A DNA stretch of 61,763 nucleotides, the filler included. It is 9 parts of 9 records of this genome, joined end to end, with 100 filler letters (N's around TTAATTAATTAA, not from the genome) between each part and the next. Parts side by side here need not be neighbours in the genome. Positions count along the whole stretch, not along the records: positions 23,263 to 29,912 come from DRR723986_145383; positions 30,013 to 35,461 come from DRR723986_149894; positions 35,562 to 44,766 come from DRR723986_150899; 6 more parts are not named here. One strand, written 5' to 3'. This document shows positions 26,121-36,402 of this stretch, piece by piece (position 1 is the stretch's first letter; each line of letters starts with the position of its first letter). A program made the translations under genes and the position numbers. Under the pieces are notes generated by a model. The model saw only the letters and a program-made list of their open reading frames with translations. It searched no databases and was not told the origin of the DNA.

Positions 26121-28053
26121 TATTTAAGTTTTTAGCGTTCTTTAATACTATGTCTACTCTTAATCCATTCTCAATTTTGAATTCAGGTTTAGACTTGAAT
26201 TTTAAAGCTAATGATTCTATTAACTTAAGTCCAAAGCTTTTTGATTTAGACAATTCATCTGTATTTTTAATTTTTGATCCATCATCTTTAAAAACTAAAA
26301 TGAGGTCTTTTTCTATCAATTGAATCTTTAATTCAATGTTCAATTGTTTCCCATTTTCGTAAGCATATTTGAATGAGTTTAACAACAATTCGTTCACTAT
26401 TAGCCCGATAGGGATTACCGAATCGACATCTAATCTCACATCAGCTATGTCTAGCTGATATAAAATATCTGAGTCTGGTTTCTGATGTGATTCTTTCAAT
26501 TGCTGAGCTAATTCAGCTAAGTAGTCTCTGACATTGATTTCAGTTATTTGATCATTTTGATAGAGTTTCTTATGCAGTATAGCCATAGAATTTACGCGAT
26601 CTTGAGCGTCTTGCATGACTTTGATTGATTCTGAATCTTCAAGATTTCTTGATTGTAACCTTAGCAAGCTTGAAATTACTTGTAAGTTATTTTTAACTCT
26701 GTGATGCACTTCTTTTACCAATAATTCATTTTGCTTAAGCGATTCTTGAATCTGCTTATTCTTAGAATGGAGCGTTTTTTCAGTTTTGATTTTGCCAAAA
26801 TAGAAATAGACAATTAAACCTAAGACTAAAGCAAAGAAAACAATGAGTAAGGTTAAATATTGATTTAATTTTTTCTCTTTCTGAACTACAATCTCTGATT
26901 GTTTCCGCTTTTCCTTTTCTAATTCTGCTGTTAATTTCTCTGACGCAATGGTTGAATCTGTGATGAAGTTATCGGTAAGTTCTGCAATTAATTTATTTTG
27001 TTCGGAAATATGGATTGAATCTTCAATGGCTTTAATCTGTCTAGAGTATTCATAGGCTTTTTTTAGCCTTCCCATTTTGAAATAGGTATCTTCAATTATC
27101 CGAAAAATTTTAAGCTCCGTATAAGGAGTCAAATCCATGGCAAGACATTTATTTAAATAAACTAAAGCTCGCTCAAAATCGCCCGCTTCTTTGTACATGT
27201 TAGAGATGTTGGTATAAACTCTAATTAAGTCTTCAAATCGAGCGTATTCTTCCAATTTTACAATGGCCATTAGATACAATTTTTCAGCCTTAGAAAAGTC
27301 ACCCATTTCTTTGTAAGTCAAAGCCATATTAGCTTCTTCTGAGGTAATAGCATATTCATTTTGTAGTACCTCAGCGAGTGCAATCGTTTTTTCTGAATAC
27401 TCAATTGATTCTGTAAACTGCTTATTGTATTGATAGCTTAAAGCAATGTTCGAAAGTGTATTTAATAATCCGAGAGAGTCTTTAATTGCAATTTTTAGCT
27501 CTTTCGATTTTTGTAAATAGAAGATGGCTTGCTCTGGATTATTTAACCTGTTATTTAGTAAACCAAGATTGTTGTAAACTCTCCCCAATCCAATAGTATC
27601 ATTAATGTTTAAATAGCAATCAACAGTTTGTTTATAGTATTCAAGGGCCTTAGTATGGTTGCCATAATAGTAATAACTAACTCCAATGTTATTGGTGTTA
27701 TCCGCCACGCTTTGCAAGTCATCCAAGTCTTTATAAAGTTCAATTGATTGCTTGTAGTAATAAACTGCACTATCGCCGTTTCCCATGAAATCCCAAGCCC
27801 AACCTAAACGACTGGTAGATTTTGCAACTCCTTCTTTATACTTCAATTGCTTCGCAATTGATAGATTCGCTTTGGCAAATGCAACAGTATTTGGCCATTG
27901 GGCGTCACTTAACTTTAACACTAATTCGTTGCCGTAATCCACTGCTTCATTTGATATTGGCTTTAAAACACAATCATTTACCAACGAATCGAGGTTTTCC
28001 CCAAAAGCAGTGATGCTTATGAACGAAAGAAAGAAAAAGAGTTTTTTAATCAT
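26110..28053 (-). CDS. TPR-repeat sensor histidine kinase (HisKA_2/HWE type)
   Basis: Periplasmic TPR repeats, one TM segment, KEVHHRVKNNLQ, GLIVNELLLNSFKYA and DDG...SFGLKLI motifs. Confidence 0.92.
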   Translation of the reverse strand: MIKKLFFFLSFISITAFGENLDSLVNDCVLKPISNEAVDYGNELVLKLSDAQWPNTVAFAKANLSIAKQLKYKEGVAKSTSRLGWAWDFMGNGDSAVYYYKQSIELYKDLDDLQSVADNTNNIGVSYYYYGNHTKALEYYKQTVDCYLNINDTIGLGRVYNNLGLLNNRLNNPEQAIFYLQKSKELKIAIKDSLGLLNTLSNIALSYQYNKQFTESIEYSEKTIALAEVLQNEYAITSEEANMALTYKEMGDFSKAEKLYLMAIVKLEEYARFEDLIRVYTNISNMYKEAGDFERALVYLNKCLAMDLTPYTELKIFRIIEDTYFKMGRLKKAYEYSRQIKAIEDSIHISEQNKLIAELTDNFITDSTIASEKLTAELEKEKRKQSEIVVQKEKKLNQYLTLLIVFFALVLGLIVYFYFGKIKTEKTLHSKNKQIQESLKQNELLVKEVHHRVKNNLQVISSLLRLQSRNLEDSESIKVMQDAQDRVNSMAILHKKLYQNDQITEINVRDYLAELAQQLKESHQKPDSDILYQLDIADVRLDVDSVIPIGLIVNELLLNSFKYAYENGKQLNIELKIQLIEKDLILVFKDDGSKIKNTDELSKSKSFGLKLIESLALKFKSKPEFKIENGLRVDIVLKNAKNLNNES

Positions 28054-28100
28054 ATTTCAAATGAAGTTAAGAAAAATGATTTAAGGTTTTTTGCAAAGAT

Positions 28101-29375
28101 TTAACTGATGCCTTCTTTATAAACCTTCAAGCAACGTTCTCGGGCAAATTTGTGATCAACTATCGGTTGAACATATGTCAACTCATTCACTTCAGGCACC
28201 CATTTTTGCACATACTCTAATTTGGGATCAAATTTTTTAAGCTGTTCATGCGGATTGAATATTCTGAAATATGGTGCGGCGTCACAGCCCGTTCCGGCCG
28301 ACCATTGCCAATTGCCAACATTGGAAGACAACTCAAAGTCTAATAATTTTTGCGCGAAATAAGCTTCACCCCAGCGCCAATCAATTAATAAATGTTTGAT
28401 TAAAAAACTTGCCACAACCATTCGAACGCGATTATGCATATATCCTGTTTCATTCAACTGCCGCATTCCAGCGTCTACTAAAGGATACCCTGTTTCACCT
28501 TTGCACCAAGCCTCGAACTCTTGTTCATCATTTCGCCACTGTATACCATTGTACTTAGCTTTGAAATTGTCATTCACCGATTTCGGAAAATGAAATAAGA
28601 TTTGCATAAAAAATTCACGCCAAATCAATTCAGATAAAAAAGTCTCATGTTTAGCATCAATTTTTGAGATTAACTCACGGATGCCAATTGTTCCAAACCT
28701 TAAATGCGGACTCAAATTTGTAGTGGCAATTGACGGAATATCTCTTTGATTTTTATAATTATTGATTTGATTTAAATCGAATGGTAACACGTTGATTGTA
28801 GAAGGTATAATCCCTAAATCTTCTTTTGATGGAAAATGATTAGAATTTGGAAAAAAATGCTCTGTTTTCAGCTTTTTCACCTCAAAATCATCTTTTTTTG
28901 CAGTTTTTATCCATTTATTTTTGAACGGAGTAAAGACGGTATAAGGATTTCCGTCATCCTTAACAATCTCGCTTTCTTCAAAAATTACCTGATCTTTATA
29001 TGCCTTGAATTGGATACCTTTTGCCGCAAGTAATTCTTCAATTTCCAAATCTCTCTTGATGGCATACGGCTCATAATCCTTATTCAAAAAAACTTGGGCA
29101 ATATCAAAATCAGCTGATATTTTGTTCCAAATTTCTTTCGGGTTTCCCCTGTATACTTTTAAAGATGAATTTGATTTGTTCAACTCGGTGTTAATCTTTG
29201 ACAACTGGTCATAGATAAAATTAACTCTTGGATCGTCATGAGGTAATTCATTAAGAATTTGCTCATCAAAAATGAAAATGGGCTGAATTGGGAGGCCAGA
29301 ATTTAAGGCTTCTGATAAACCAACATTGTCCGATAAACGTAGGTCACGTCTAAACCAAAAGATCGAAACTTTCAT
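28101..29375 (-). CDS. Deoxyribodipyrimidine photolyase / cryptochrome family protein
   Basis: WFRRDLRLSDN, LSPHLRFG, ELIWREF, TGYPLVDAGMRQL, MHNRVRM and GNWQW motifs. Confidence 0.95.
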   Translation of the reverse strand: MKVSIFWFRRDLRLSDNVGLSEALNSGLPIQPIFIFDEQILNELPHDDPRVNFIYDQLSKINTELNKSNSSLKVYRGNPKEIWNKISADFDIAQVFLNKDYEPYAIKRDLEIEELLAAKGIQFKAYKDQVIFEESEIVKDDGNPYTVFTPFKNKWIKTAKKDDFEVKKLKTEHFFPNSNHFPSKEDLGIIPSTINVLPFDLNQINNYKNQRDIPSIATTNLSPHLRFGTIGIRELISKIDAKHETFLSELIWREFFMQILFHFPKSVNDNFKAKYNGIQWRNDEQEFEAWCKGETGYPLVDAGMRQLNETGYMHNRVRMVVASFLIKHLLIDWRWGEAYFAQKLLDFELSSNVGNWQWSAGTGCDAAPYFRIFNPHEQLKKFDPKLEYVQKWVPEVNELTYVQPIVDHKFARERCLKVYKEGIS

Positions 29376-29851
29376 GCGGATTTTTCTTTAAATGAACCAA
29401 AAATTTCGATCATTGCAAGACGTCTGTACTCAAAAATTTCTTCCAGTTTTTTTCTGATGAAAAGATCATTTGCTGCTTTACCAAAAATGCCCATTGGTGG
29501 TTGATATGTTATCAAATCTTCCATCATGACTCCCCCTTCAATTGGTTTGATCCAATGCTCGTGATGCCACGTTTTGTATGGGCCCTGTCTTTGCTCATCA
29601 ACAAAATATTCTTTTGGCTTTACATGTGTGATTTCAGTGACCCAAGTCATTTTCATATTCAACATTGGACTTACTTTATAGGTAATGATCATCCCAGGAT
29701 ACATTTCATCAGACAAATAAGGTGTCGTAATTTCAAATCCCATAGAATCGGGCGTAATTTTTGACAAATTTTTAGGTGATGAAATGAAATCCCATACCTC
29801 GTCAATTGAAGCTGGAATTGCTTGCTCTTTATAGAATTGAAATACTGCCAT
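29372..29851 (-). CDS. SRPBCC family protein
   Basis: WDFISSPKNL, WVTEIT and FVDEQRQGPY-x-x-WHHEH motifs. Confidence 0.88.
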   Translation of the reverse strand: MAVFQFYKEQAIPASIDEVWDFISSPKNLSKITPDSMGFEITTPYLSDEMYPGMIITYKVSPMLNMKMTWVTEITHVKPKEYFVDEQRQGPYKTWHHEHWIKPIEGGVMMEDLITYQPPMGIFGKAANDLFIRKKLEEIFEYRRLAMIEIFGSFKEKSA

Positions 29852-29883
29852 AAAATGAGAACAAGTTAAGGCTGAGATTGTTT

Positions 29884-29912
29884 TTGGTGGTTGGTGGTTG
29901 GTGGTTGGTGGT
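29884..29912. repeat. Heptamer tandem repeat (TTGGTGG)4 at contig end
   Basis: ttggtgg repeated four times, running into the linker. Confidence 0.85.
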
Positions 29913-30013
29913 NNNNNNNNNNNNNNNNNNNNNNNNNNNNNNNNNNNNNNNNNNNNTTAATTAATTAANNNNNNNNNNNNNNNNNNNNNNNNNNNNNNNN
30001 NNNNNNNNNNNNT

Positions 30014-32923
30014 CAAGTTGTCGCTGGTGGTGCAACTGGACCATACACTTATGATTTGTCAGGTACCGGAAATGCAACAGGTATTTTCCAAAACTTAGCA
30101 GCAAACAATTATACAATTACAATGACTGATGCTTTAGGTTGTGATACTACGTTTGACCATTTAATTACAGAGCCGGCTATTTTAACAGCTGGATATGTAT
30201 TGACTGACGCATTATGTTTTGGATCGGCTGATGGTACAGTAGATGTAACTGCAAATGGTGGAACTACACCTTATCAATATTCAAGTGATAATGGGGTGAT
30301 TTTACAGTCTTCAAACATTTTAACGGGATTAGCAGCTGGTTGCTATGACGTATATGTACAGGATGCTAATGGGTGTACCGTTACTTCTAATGAATGTATC
30401 AATGAACCTACCATGTTAACAATGACGTTGGTTATGAATCCTGCCACATGTGGTCAAAATAATGCTGACGTTACAATTACCGGAAACAATGGAAGTGGGG
30501 GTTATCAGTATAGTAATGATGCTGGTGCAACTTTCCAAGGAGCAAATCTGTTCAATGGCTTAGCTGCAGCCAATTATACAATGGTGGTTCAGGATGTTAA
30601 TGGTTGTGAAATTGATTCGACAATTTCGTTAATTGCCGATCCGCTTCCGGCTATCGATAATGTGGTTTCAAATAATCCATTATGTAATGGCGCTGCTGAC
30701 GGAGATATTACAATTACATCATCAGGTGGAGTAGGTGTTCACCAATACAGTATTAACGGAGGTGCTCCTCAGGCTTCGAATACTTTCAACGGTTTAGCTG
30801 ATGGTACTTATGATATAGATGTAATTGACGGAAACGGATGTATTGCAACAGTTCAAGTTATCTTAACTGAGCCAACGCAATTATTAATTTCAGGTACTCC
30901 AACGCCTTTATTATGTAATGGAGACTTTACTGGGGCGATTGATTTAAATGCTTTAAATGGGGCGGGTGCTCAAACGGGTACGCCTCCATATAATTATAGT
31001 ATTGATTTAGGTGTTACTACACAAGGTGGAGGTACATTTAGTTTTATTGCTGCAGGAACATATGATTGTCAGATTATTGACGCTAATAATTGTATTGCTG
31101 ATGTACAGATTATTGTGACTGAGCCTAACGTGTTAGAATTCCAGACATTTACATCATCAGATCCTACATGTTTCAATGCATGTGATGGGGTAATTACAAC
31201 GGTTCCTCAAGGTGGTACGGCTCCTTATACTTATAACTGGAGTGGAAACATTGCCGGACCTGCTGATCAAATAGCTAGCCAGGCAACTTCACCATCTGGA
31301 TTAGTTTGTCCAGATAATTATACGGTAAATGTGACAGATGCAAATGGATGTTTTATGTCGGATAATACAACACTTGTAGATCCTCCTGCATTAATCATCC
31401 CTGGTTTAACTGTTGATAGTGTATCATGTTTCGGATTAGCTGATGGTGTAATAACTGTGACACCACCAACTAATGGAGTAGCGCCTTATACGTATAGTAT
31501 AAATGGTGGTGCATTCGGAGCAAGTAACGTGTTTAACGGATTAGCTGAAGGAAACTATGATATTGATGTAATGGATGACAATGGTTGTTTAGCTCAAACA
31601 AATACATCAGTCTATCAACCGGATGAATTAGTAGCAACAATACCTCAAAGTGGAATTGTGTGTTACGGAGCAAATGTGAATATTCAAACTTTTGTTGTCG
31701 GTGGAACAATACCTTACTCATTCAGTTGGACAAATACGCTTAACGGGAATGTGAATATAGATCAGGTGTTTATTGAATCAATTACTGCGCCAGTAAGTTA
31801 TACGGTATCAGTAACTGATGATAATGGATGTAACGTTGTGGTTGGAACTTATGACTTGCAACCATTGCCTCCACTGCAAGTTAGTGCTGGATTAGATCAA
31901 GCTATTTGTCTTGGAGATGCTGTAACTTTACTTGCTGATACAACAAACTCTGGAGGTGAGCTTATCGATTATCAATCTTATTTTGATTATGATTACGTTT
32001 GGAATACAGGGGTTGCAGGAGATACATTAATTGATTTAACGGTTTCGCCTACTGTTGATACAGAATACGTAATTACACTTACAGATAATTGTGGAGACTC
32101 AGTAACGGATACAGTAGCAGTGACTATTAATCCAGATCCAATTGTAGTTGTTCCTACGAACCTTGACGGTTGTGTTCCTGAAAGAATAGGATTCGATCCA
32201 GGAGCTTTGCCTCCAGGATACACAGTGATGTGGGATTTCGGAAACGGTCAAACTTCAACAAGTACTTTACCGGATTCAGCATACTATACCTTACCAGGAG
32301 TGTATGATGTGACCCTAACAATTGTTTCTGATCTTGGATGTTCAATTACTGTAACCGAGCCAGGAGCTGTGACCATCTATGATAATCCGGTTCCAGGGTT
32401 CTATACTAATCCTGACAGTCCATCAATATTAGATCCTACGGTGTCGATCGTAAATACTTCATCTGGAGCTGAGACTTATTCATATACCTTTGATGGTTAT
32501 GGAACCTCAACTGAAGAAGAGCCTACGATTACTTTCCCAATTGATGAGGAAGCAACAGTGTCGATATGTCAAACAGTTTATTCTATTGAGGGATGTCCGG
32601 CGACAATTTGTAAGCCAGTTGAAATTCATGAAGAGATCATTTTCTATATCCCGAATATCTTTACTCCGGATGGTGATTTGTTCAACGAAACTTTTGCACC
32701 GGTCTTTACATCAGGAATTGATATTTATGATTTCCATTTAACTATCTTTAATAGATGGGGTGAGATCGTGTTCGAATCTTATAATAAAGAAGAAGGATGG
32801 GATGGTCACTACGGTGATGGAGGCCTGGTTAAGGATGGAACTTATATCTGGCAAGTTGAATTCGGAGAAAAGCTGTCAGATAAGCGACAGTACCACCGAG
32901 GTCATGTAACAGTATTAAAATAA
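30014..32923 (+). CDS. T9SS type-B CTD protein with SprB repeats and PKD domain (5'-truncated)
   Basis: Repeated C-x-G-x-x-DG...GGT-x-PY-x-YS...Y-x-V-x-V-x-DANGC units; WDFGNG PKD motif; C-terminal YIPNIFTPDGD-x-x-N...IFNRWGE...WDG. Confidence 0.9.
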   Translation, partial: QVVAGGATGPYTYDLSGTGNATGIFQNLAANNYTITMTDALGCDTTFDHLITEPAILTAGYVLTDALCFGSADGTVDVTANGGTTPYQYSSDNGVILQSSNILTGLAAGCYDVYVQDANGCTVTSNECINEPTMLTMTLVMNPATCGQNNADVTITGNNGSGGYQYSNDAGATFQGANLFNGLAAANYTMVVQDVNGCEIDSTISLIADPLPAIDNVVSNNPLCNGAADGDITITSSGGVGVHQYSINGGAPQASNTFNGLADGTYDIDVIDGNGCIATVQVILTEPTQLLISGTPTPLLCNGDFTGAIDLNALNGAGAQTGTPPYNYSIDLGVTTQGGGTFSFIAAGTYDCQIIDANNCIADVQIIVTEPNVLEFQTFTSSDPTCFNACDGVITTVPQGGTAPYTYNWSGNIAGPADQIASQATSPSGLVCPDNYTVNVTDANGCFMSDNTTLVDPPALIIPGLTVDSVSCFGLADGVITVTPPTNGVAPYTYSINGGAFGASNVFNGLAEGNYDIDVMDDNGCLAQTNTSVYQPDELVATIPQSGIVCYGANVNIQTFVVGGTIPYSFSWTNTLNGNVNIDQVFIESITAPVSYTVSVTDDNGCNVVVGTYDLQPLPPLQVSAGLDQAICLGDAVTLLADTTNSGGELIDYQSYFDYDYVWNTGVAGDTLIDLTVSPTVDTEYVITLTDNCGDSVTDTVAVTINPDPIVVVPTNLDGCVPERIGFDPGALPPGYTVMWDFGNGQTSTSTLPDSAYYTLPGVYDVTLTIVSDLGCSITVTEPGAVTIYDNPVPGFYTNPDSPSILDPTVSIVNTSSGAETYSYTFDGYGTSTEEEPTITFPIDEEATVSICQTVYSIEGCPATICKPVEIHEEIIFYIPNIFTPDGDLFNETFAPVFTSGIDIYDFHLTIFNRWGEIVFESYNKEEGWDGHYGDGGLVKDGTYIWQVEFGEKLSDKRQYHRGHVTVLK

Positions 32924-32926
32924 TTG

Positions 32927-32956
32927 AAAAGCCGGTTTAAAGACCGGCTTTTTTTT
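32927..32956 (+). terminator. Rho-independent terminator
   Basis: AAAAGCCGGTTT-AA-AGACCGGCTTTTTTTT. Confidence 0.8.
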
Positions 32957-33028
32957 CCGTTTAACGATTAAATTTTATATTTAAACGATTAAAACCTAAC
33001 CTTTCTTAAAATAATTACGTAATTAGAG

Positions 33029-33499
33029 GTGATGAAGAATCTTATAACTATATTTTCAGTTGCAATAGCATTAGTCTATAGTGCTGAGAGCTTTGGACAA
33101 GAGCAAAAAGTTATTGGTGCAGCCGGAGAGTATACTCAGGCAGCAGGTAACACAGTAAGCTGGACAATCGGGGAGTTAGTTGTCGAAACCTTTCAGGTAA
33201 CCGCAAATCATTTAACGCAGGGATTCCATCAGTCGGATCTATATGTAGTGTCTGTCGAAGATTTTGGATTACTTGATATTCAAGTTTACCCCAACCCCGC
33301 AAGAGAATCAATAAATATTAGCGCAGATATGGCATCTAAGATGTCTGTTTATTCTGCAGAAGGAAAATTAATACAAGTCAGAGACATTAACGAAACTCTG
33401 ACGACAATGGATGTTTCTCATTTATCTAGAGGAACTTATATGTTGGTTTTTGAAGCCAACAATACTGTTGCAAAAAAAATGAAAATCGTTATTCTTTAA
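33029..33499 (+). CDS. Small T9SS type-A CTD protein
   Basis: Signal peptide; SWTIGE...LTQGFHQ domain; VYPNP CTD. Confidence 0.85.
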   Translation: MMKNLITIFSVAIALVYSAESFGQEQKVIGAAGEYTQAAGNTVSWTIGELVVETFQVTANHLTQGFHQSDLYVVSVEDFGLLDIQVYPNPARESINISADMASKMSVYSAEGKLIQVRDINETLTTMDVSHLSRGTYMLVFEANNTVAKKMKIVIL

Positions 33500-33508
33500 A
33501 TTAAGCTC

Positions 33509-35410
33509 ATGAAAAAAATTAAAGCGTTTATATTTTTTATGATGATTGGCGCAACCACATTTGCGCAATCTCCAGAAAAAATGAATTATCAAGCCGTAGT
33601 AAGAGATGCTAGTGGTGCATCAGTTACTGGAGCATTGGTAGGGGTGAAGGTCTCTATTTTATCAGGTAACTCAACCGGACCAGTTGTTTATTCAGAAACT
33701 CACGGTGTTACAACAAATAATTATGGTTTAATCACCTTGCAAATTGGAGCAGGATCAGTATCTGGTCCAGCAATGTCAACTATTGACTGGGGGATTGATG
33801 ATTATTATGTAAAAATTGAAATTGATCCAACTGGTGGTACAGCATATTCGATAACTTCAGTTTCTCAATTGATTTCTGTTCCTTACGCGTTGTATGCTAA
33901 AAACGTTGAAAATGTGGATGATGCGGATGCTGATCCAGCTAATGAGTATAATACCGGTGCAGCCATGAACGGTCTTGATTTGGAGATTACAGATGGCGGA
34001 GGTACATTCTCAGTAGATTTATCTGGCTTGACAACTGACCCCGATATGGATCCAAATAACGAGATTCAAACTATGTCTAAGTTAGGACAAGTTGTTACTC
34101 TATCTAATGGTGGTGGAGCGTTTACAGATGATGTAAATGATGCAGATGCTGATCCTTCAAATGAGTTGAATACCAATTTAACTTTAATAGGAACTACATT
34201 ACAATTAACGGATGCTGGTGGTACTTTGAGTCAAGATTTATCAAGTTTGATTACGGGTGGTGATACAAGTCCAACAAACGAGTTGAATACGACAGTTGTA
34301 TTAAACGGAACAAATTTAGAAGTGTCTGATGCCGGAGGAACAATCATTACAGATTTATCTTCATTGGTTAATGATGCGGATGCTTCTGCAACGAATGAAA
34401 TTCAGTCTATTACTAAAGTTGGTTCTTTAGTTACTTTATCAGACGGTGGAGGAAGTTTCACTGATGACGTGAATGATGCGGATGCGGATCCATCAAATGA
34501 GTTGCAAACAATCAGTAAAGCAGGTAACGCTATTACACTTTCTGATGGTGGTGGAACAGTTACAGTTGATGATGCGGATGCGGATGCAACTAATGAGTAT
34601 AATACGAATGCAACATTAACAGGAACTAATTTAAATATTACTGATGGTGGTGGAACTATTGTGGTGGATATGTCTTCTTTAGTTGGAGGTGGTGATCCAA
34701 GTTCAACTAACGAGTTAAACACTTCAGCAAATTTAACAGGTACTACATTGAATATTATCGATCCAGGTTCAACTGTTTCAGTTGATTTATCATCACTGCA
34801 AGATGGTGTAAATGATGCGGATGCTGATCCAACAAATGAGTATGTTCAAAGTGCTAATTTAACGGGAACTAACTTAAATATTATTGATGGTGGTGGTACA
34901 ACAACAGTTGATTTATCGTCTTTAGGTGGTGCTTCTTTTTATCCAGGAATGCATTATCAAGGTGGAATAATTGTTTACGTAGATACAACAGGTCAACATG
35001 GTTTAATCGTTGGTTTAACTGATATAGCAACTGCTGATTTATTTGATGCTGGAGGATTAAATGCCGTATATGTTGGAACGAGTATGACTGATGGAGCTGC
35101 CAATACAGCAGCATTAATGGCGTTACACGCTACAAACAACTATCAAGCAGCAAATACTTGTGATTCTTACTCGTATGCTGGCTTTAGTGATTGGTACTTA
35201 CCATCTGCTTACGAATTAGAAATTGTTGCTGCAAGCAACTATATATTAGGAACAAATGCATTAGAATTAGGACAGTATTACTGGTCATCATCAGAGTATG
35301 ATTTAGCTGGTGGAGCTCAAGCTTGGGCAGTAAGATCTAACCCAGCAAATATGCAGCCTCAAACAGAAAGCTCGAATAACTTCAGAGTAAGACCAATGAG
35401 GGCTTTCTAA
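33509..35410 (+). CDS. Surface protein with DADADPxNE repeats and C-terminal DUF1566 (Lcl/C-lectin-like) domain
   Basis: N-terminal YQAVVRD...YSETH...SVPYALYA; many DADAD-x-x-NE repeats; C-terminal DWYLPS-x-x-EL, YWSSSE and VRPMRAF. Confidence 0.82.
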   Translation: MKKIKAFIFFMMIGATTFAQSPEKMNYQAVVRDASGASVTGALVGVKVSILSGNSTGPVVYSETHGVTTNNYGLITLQIGAGSVSGPAMSTIDWGIDDYYVKIEIDPTGGTAYSITSVSQLISVPYALYAKNVENVDDADADPANEYNTGAAMNGLDLEITDGGGTFSVDLSGLTTDPDMDPNNEIQTMSKLGQVVTLSNGGGAFTDDVNDADADPSNELNTNLTLIGTTLQLTDAGGTLSQDLSSLITGGDTSPTNELNTTVVLNGTNLEVSDAGGTIITDLSSLVNDADASATNEIQSITKVGSLVTLSDGGGSFTDDVNDADADPSNELQTISKAGNAITLSDGGGTVTVDDADADATNEYNTNATLTGTNLNITDGGGTIVVDMSSLVGGGDPSSTNELNTSANLTGTTLNIIDPGSTVSVDLSSLQDGVNDADADPTNEYVQSANLTGTNLNIIDGGGTTTVDLSSLGGASFYPGMHYQGGIIVYVDTTGQHGLIVGLTDIATADLFDAGGLNAVYVGTSMTDGAANTAALMALHATNNYQAANTCDSYSYAGFSDWYLPSAYELEIVAASNYILGTNALELGQYYWSSSEYDLAGGAQAWAVRSNPANMQPQTESSNNFRVRPMRAF

Positions 35411-35431
35411 TAAGCTACAAAACATTAAAAC

Positions 35432-35461
35432 AAAAAGCCTTGTACATATGTACAAGGCTTT
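35432..35461 (+). terminator. Rho-independent terminator (truncated by contig end)
   Basis: AAAAAGCCTTGTACA-TA-TGTACAAGGCTTT inverted repeat. Confidence 0.75.
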
Positions 35462-35562
35462 NNNNNNNNNNNNNNNNNNNNNNNNNNNNNNNNNNNNNNN
35501 NNNNNTTAATTAATTAANNNNNNNNNNNNNNNNNNNNNNNNNNNNNNNNNNNNNNNNNNNNT

Positions 35563-36342
35563 GATTATCTTGTAGTTCAAGGGACAACCGGAGAATCACC
35601 AACACTTAATCAGGAAGAAAAACAAGCAACTTTAAACAAAGTTGCAGAGGTAAATAAAGGACGTCTTCCTATTGTTTTCGGAATAGGAGGAAATAATACG
35701 CAAGCAATCATCAATGATTTAAAGTCATACGATTTGAGTAAGGTAGACGCTATATTATCAGCTTCTCCATATTATAACAAACCTACCCAGGACGGCATCA
35801 TTGCACACTATTCTGCCATAGCAAAGAGTACAGATAAAGACATCATTCTTTATAACGTCCCAGGAAGAACAGCATCTAATATTTCAGCTGCTACAACGCT
35901 TACTCTCGCCGAAAATCACAAAAATATTATAGCTGTGAAAGAGGCTTCGGGAGATATGGAACAAATCATGGAAATTATTCAGCACAAACCAGAAGGTTTT
36001 CTGGTAATTTCAGGAGATGACGCTCTAACTATGCCTTTTATAGCTGCTGGAGGTGACGGTGTAATTTCAGTAGTTGGAAATGCCTTCCCTCATGTATTCA
36101 AAGCAATGGTGGCAGCGGGATTAAATAATGAAATTCCAACATCCAGAAAACATCATTATACAGTCTTGCCAATCATCTCTTCTTTATTTGCAGAAGGAAA
36201 TCCTGGAGGCATTAAAGAAAGCTTAGCAGATTTAGGAATAATGGAAAATCACATGCGATTACCACTAGTAAATGTCTCTGCTGAATTAAAAAACAAAATT
36301 ATTGCACTAGGTCGTAACATTAATAAGGCCTTCCCGTACTAG
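35563..36342 (+). CDS. dapA: 4-hydroxy-tetrahydrodipicolinate synthase (5'-truncated)
   Basis: Frame open from the contig edge (DYLVVQGTTGES); PYYNKP, LYNVPGRT, VKEASG and SGDD motifs. Confidence 0.95.
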   Translation, partial: DYLVVQGTTGESPTLNQEEKQATLNKVAEVNKGRLPIVFGIGGNNTQAIINDLKSYDLSKVDAILSASPYYNKPTQDGIIAHYSAIAKSTDKDIILYNVPGRTASNISAATTLTLAENHKNIIAVKEASGDMEQIMEIIQHKPEGFLVISGDDALTMPFIAAGGDGVISVVGNAFPHVFKAMVAAGLNNEIPTSRKHHYTVLPIISSLFAEGNPGGIKESLADLGIMENHMRLPLVNVSAELKNKIIALGRNINKAFPY

Positions 36343-36402
36343 AATTAAAAAAATAGTATATTTGTTTTATTCCGTTAAAAAACGGCACTTAACTAAAGAT
36401 TA

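Noticed and set aside
34940-35461. DUF1566 C-terminus as a diversity-generating retroelement target
   Set aside because: The fold is a known DGR target, but no reverse transcriptase or template-repeat copy is visible in the window, and the downstream hairpin looks like a normal terminator.
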